Below, one piece after another: positions 62,002 through 64,000 of a DNA stretch of 64,000 bases. This DNA is from Enoplolaimus lenunculus. Taxonomy: Eukaryota. Made by a program: the position numbers and the translations under genes. The stretch's first letter is position 1. Each line of letters opens with the position of its first letter. The notes under the pieces were generated by a model. That model had not been told where the DNA came from. It did not search any database and was given only the letters and a program-made list of their open reading frames with translations. The stretch is from the NCBI GenBank assembly GCA_030248215.1, contig JASANG010003810.1, positions 434,001-498,000 on the forward strand, given 5' to 3'.

Positions 62002-62237
62002 CCCTTTCTCACATAGAGATGTCTATGGGCAACTCAGCGCCAGTGTATATACGTTAAATAATATATATCGCACAGTGTTCAACAATTATTGCAACACGTA
62101 TACATAGTGGGCACGAGCGTCCAGCTCATGTAGTTGAGTGGTGATGGTAAACGCCTTCCACTCCAGTCGCTGGAGTTTTGAATCCTAGCATAAAAGTTGG
62201 TCTCCGATGAAATTGAGAAAATCCGTGTGATAAAGGG
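62002..62237. mobile_element. piggyBac-like MITE
   Basis: TTAA-CCCTTTCTCACA ... TGTGATAAAGGG-TTAA: TTAA target and 11/12 TIR match. Confidence 0.7.
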
Positions 62238-62629
62238 TTAAATATCCGTTTTCCATCTATGTTATATGATCCCTCTATCAATTTTCAGTATTTTTACAAC
62301 CCATCCTGCCGCGCACTATTTTGTCAAATTTCTTCAATAATATCAATGGATACGATCCCTAAACATCCAAAACATACTTACACGTCTACGTTCGCCCCCA
62401 CAAGTTAAATTTTAACGCATCTGAAATGAATAAACACTGTTTACAAAGCCATTCACAAAGGTGTACAGTCGAAAAACGCAACTTTACAGCAAAATTTTTC
62501 AAACTTTCTTTAAAATTTCACTTCGACAAATACTTTGAATCATCGCAAATACAGATAAAAAGTTAACGCAAGCTACAAAGCATCTTAAGCTCTCAAATAA
62601 CACTCTGAATACATAATACCAAGGGCCTA

Positions 62630-62826
62630 CACTGCAAAAAAATGGTGATTCAAATTGAATCTTTCCGAAATAGGCCTTCCCGGACTACACAAACTGTGTC
62701 AAATTCGACTCTTTCAGAATCAAATTCGGCTCAGAGTCGCTAAATGAGTCGAATTTGACTCAGTTTGTATAGTCCCGAAAAGCCTATTTCGGACAGAGTC
62801 AATTTGACTCACCAATTTTTACAGTG
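62630..62826. mobile_element. CACTG-ended palindromic MITE (family D)
   Basis: TA-CACTGCAAAAAAATGGTGA...TCACCAATTTTTACAGTG-TA. Confidence 0.85.
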
Positions 62827-63099
62827 TAAAAAGGGAGATTACAAGTCACCATCTGTCTTTTTGTCTTGGTAAGTAAGTAACCCCGTTTCCAAAATATTAG
62901 CTACACAACATATATAATACACAACAAAATATAGAAATAAACAAACTGCTAAGAACAGAAGAGAATCAACATAGGATACTGACTTAGAAACGTGAGACAG
63001 AGCATAAGCTGAAAGCAGCAAACTACAAATATACGTTAGGTACAAAACTAAACGGAGGGGTTCCCCAGCCCTCTAAATTTTTTTGACCCCCTACTAAAG

Positions 63100-63290
63100 A
63101 TTTCGTCTAAGCTCTGTAAGAATGTGAGACATGCTTGTCCGTTACCAGTGCACAAGCAATATAGGTAATATATTGCACTGTATGTATATACATATGCTTG
63201 CCGGCAGGATACAAGTTTAACATATAATCGACAACGAAAGCAGTTGAAGATGCGGGCTGAGTGGCGCACTGGTACAGCGTTCGAAGCATC
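63100..63290 (+). repeat. Second, inverted copy of the 48130-48310 repeat (upstream flank plus 5' part of the tRNA-like head)
   Basis: Shared blocks TGTGAGACATGCTTGTCC...TCGAC..GAAA.GCAGTTG.AG..GCGGGCTG.GT.GCGCA.TGGTA.CAGCGT match the reverse complement of ~48170-48305. Confidence 0.65.
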
Positions 63291-63684
63291 CGTAAGCTGC
63301 GAGCATGGTGCAACCGGAATTACAATTTACGCGAACCGGAATTTAAAAAAACACCGGACACGGCACCGAAACCTGACAACGAAAAATTCATTTTAAGTTT
63401 CTTTTTTGATTAATGATGTACAACCCTAGTTAACGATATGTATTCACTTTATCTACTGTATTTTAGATTTTCATAATCCACCGAAGCGAAATCTACTTTC
63501 GATGGTTTATTTTAAGCGATTGTCAAGGGTTATATACTACTATAATAATGAAATCTTTTTAATTTTTATCGTCATTTTTAGTAAAATATCTTAAGTTCCA
63601 CCGACCAAAATTTAATACCGAATTTTTTATTCCGGTAAAAATTTACCGAAACAGGAAGGTTAACAAAATGCCGGAACTGTAATT

Positions 63685-63884
63685 CCGGTTGCGCCCTGGC
63701 TGAAAGAGTTCGAGCCACCATCCGTATGCCTCCTTTTTCAGACTTGGTACAAGGTCGGCAATTTCGGCATTAAATTTACCGGAACCGGAAGGTAAAAAAT
63801 GCTGGAACCGGAATTCCGGTTGCACCAAGGCTGACAGAGTTCGAGCCACCATCCATATGCCTTCTTTTTCAGACTTGGTACAAG
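63685..63884. repeat. Direct duplication (~68-bp core) of a hAT-MITE right end plus flank
   Basis: CCGGTTGC.CC..GGCTGA.AGAGTTCGAGCCACCATCC.TATGCCT.CTTTTTCAGACTTGGTACAAG occurs at ~63685 and ~63817. Confidence 0.8.
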
Positions 63885-64000
63885 TTCCGGACGCACCTAT
63901 ATTTACACTGACCAGTTTTACCACCTAAACAGCGTAAAATTGACTACTGTGACCCCCCAAATCTTTTTATCCGTTTTAAGTAAGTAGGAACAAACCACGG

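Noticed and set aside
1..64000. Autonomous transposase, reverse transcriptase or prokaryotic defence genes
   Set aside because: No DDE, RT, integrase or operon-like ORFs were recognised in any frame.

Overview
Eukaryotic (invertebrate animal) nuclear DNA, AT-rich, with spliceosomal introns densely filled by miniature inverted-repeat elements. Most short ORFs in the supplied track are artefacts of these repeats. Four multi-exon genes can be assembled by hand. (1) A tail-anchored MSP-domain (VAP/MOSPD-like) gene, +, 253-5083. (2) A ~35-exon cohesin regulator PDS5 gene, -, ~6728-42955, with a very long low-complexity C-terminal tail whose last exons are uncertain. (3) A 5-exon STAR-family (Quaking/GLD-1/How-like) RNA-binding gene, +, 25204-29520, lying entirely antisense inside the ~11.9-kb PDS5 intron 18. 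(4) A 6-exon secreted CAP/SCP gene, -, 49231-57283, carrying two copies of a six-cysteine module I do not recognise. Genes 1, 3 and 4 all contain poly-Asn runs. Between PDS5 and the CAP gene is a GC-richer decayed ORF followed by two tRNA-Val-like sequences. MITE families include hAT-like (8-bp TSD, some triply nested), CACTG-ended, TA-flanked Tc1/mariner-like, piggyBac-like, and a family carrying TTAGGC repeats. TTAGGC repeats and frequent TTTCAG acceptors suggest a nematode, but this is inference only.
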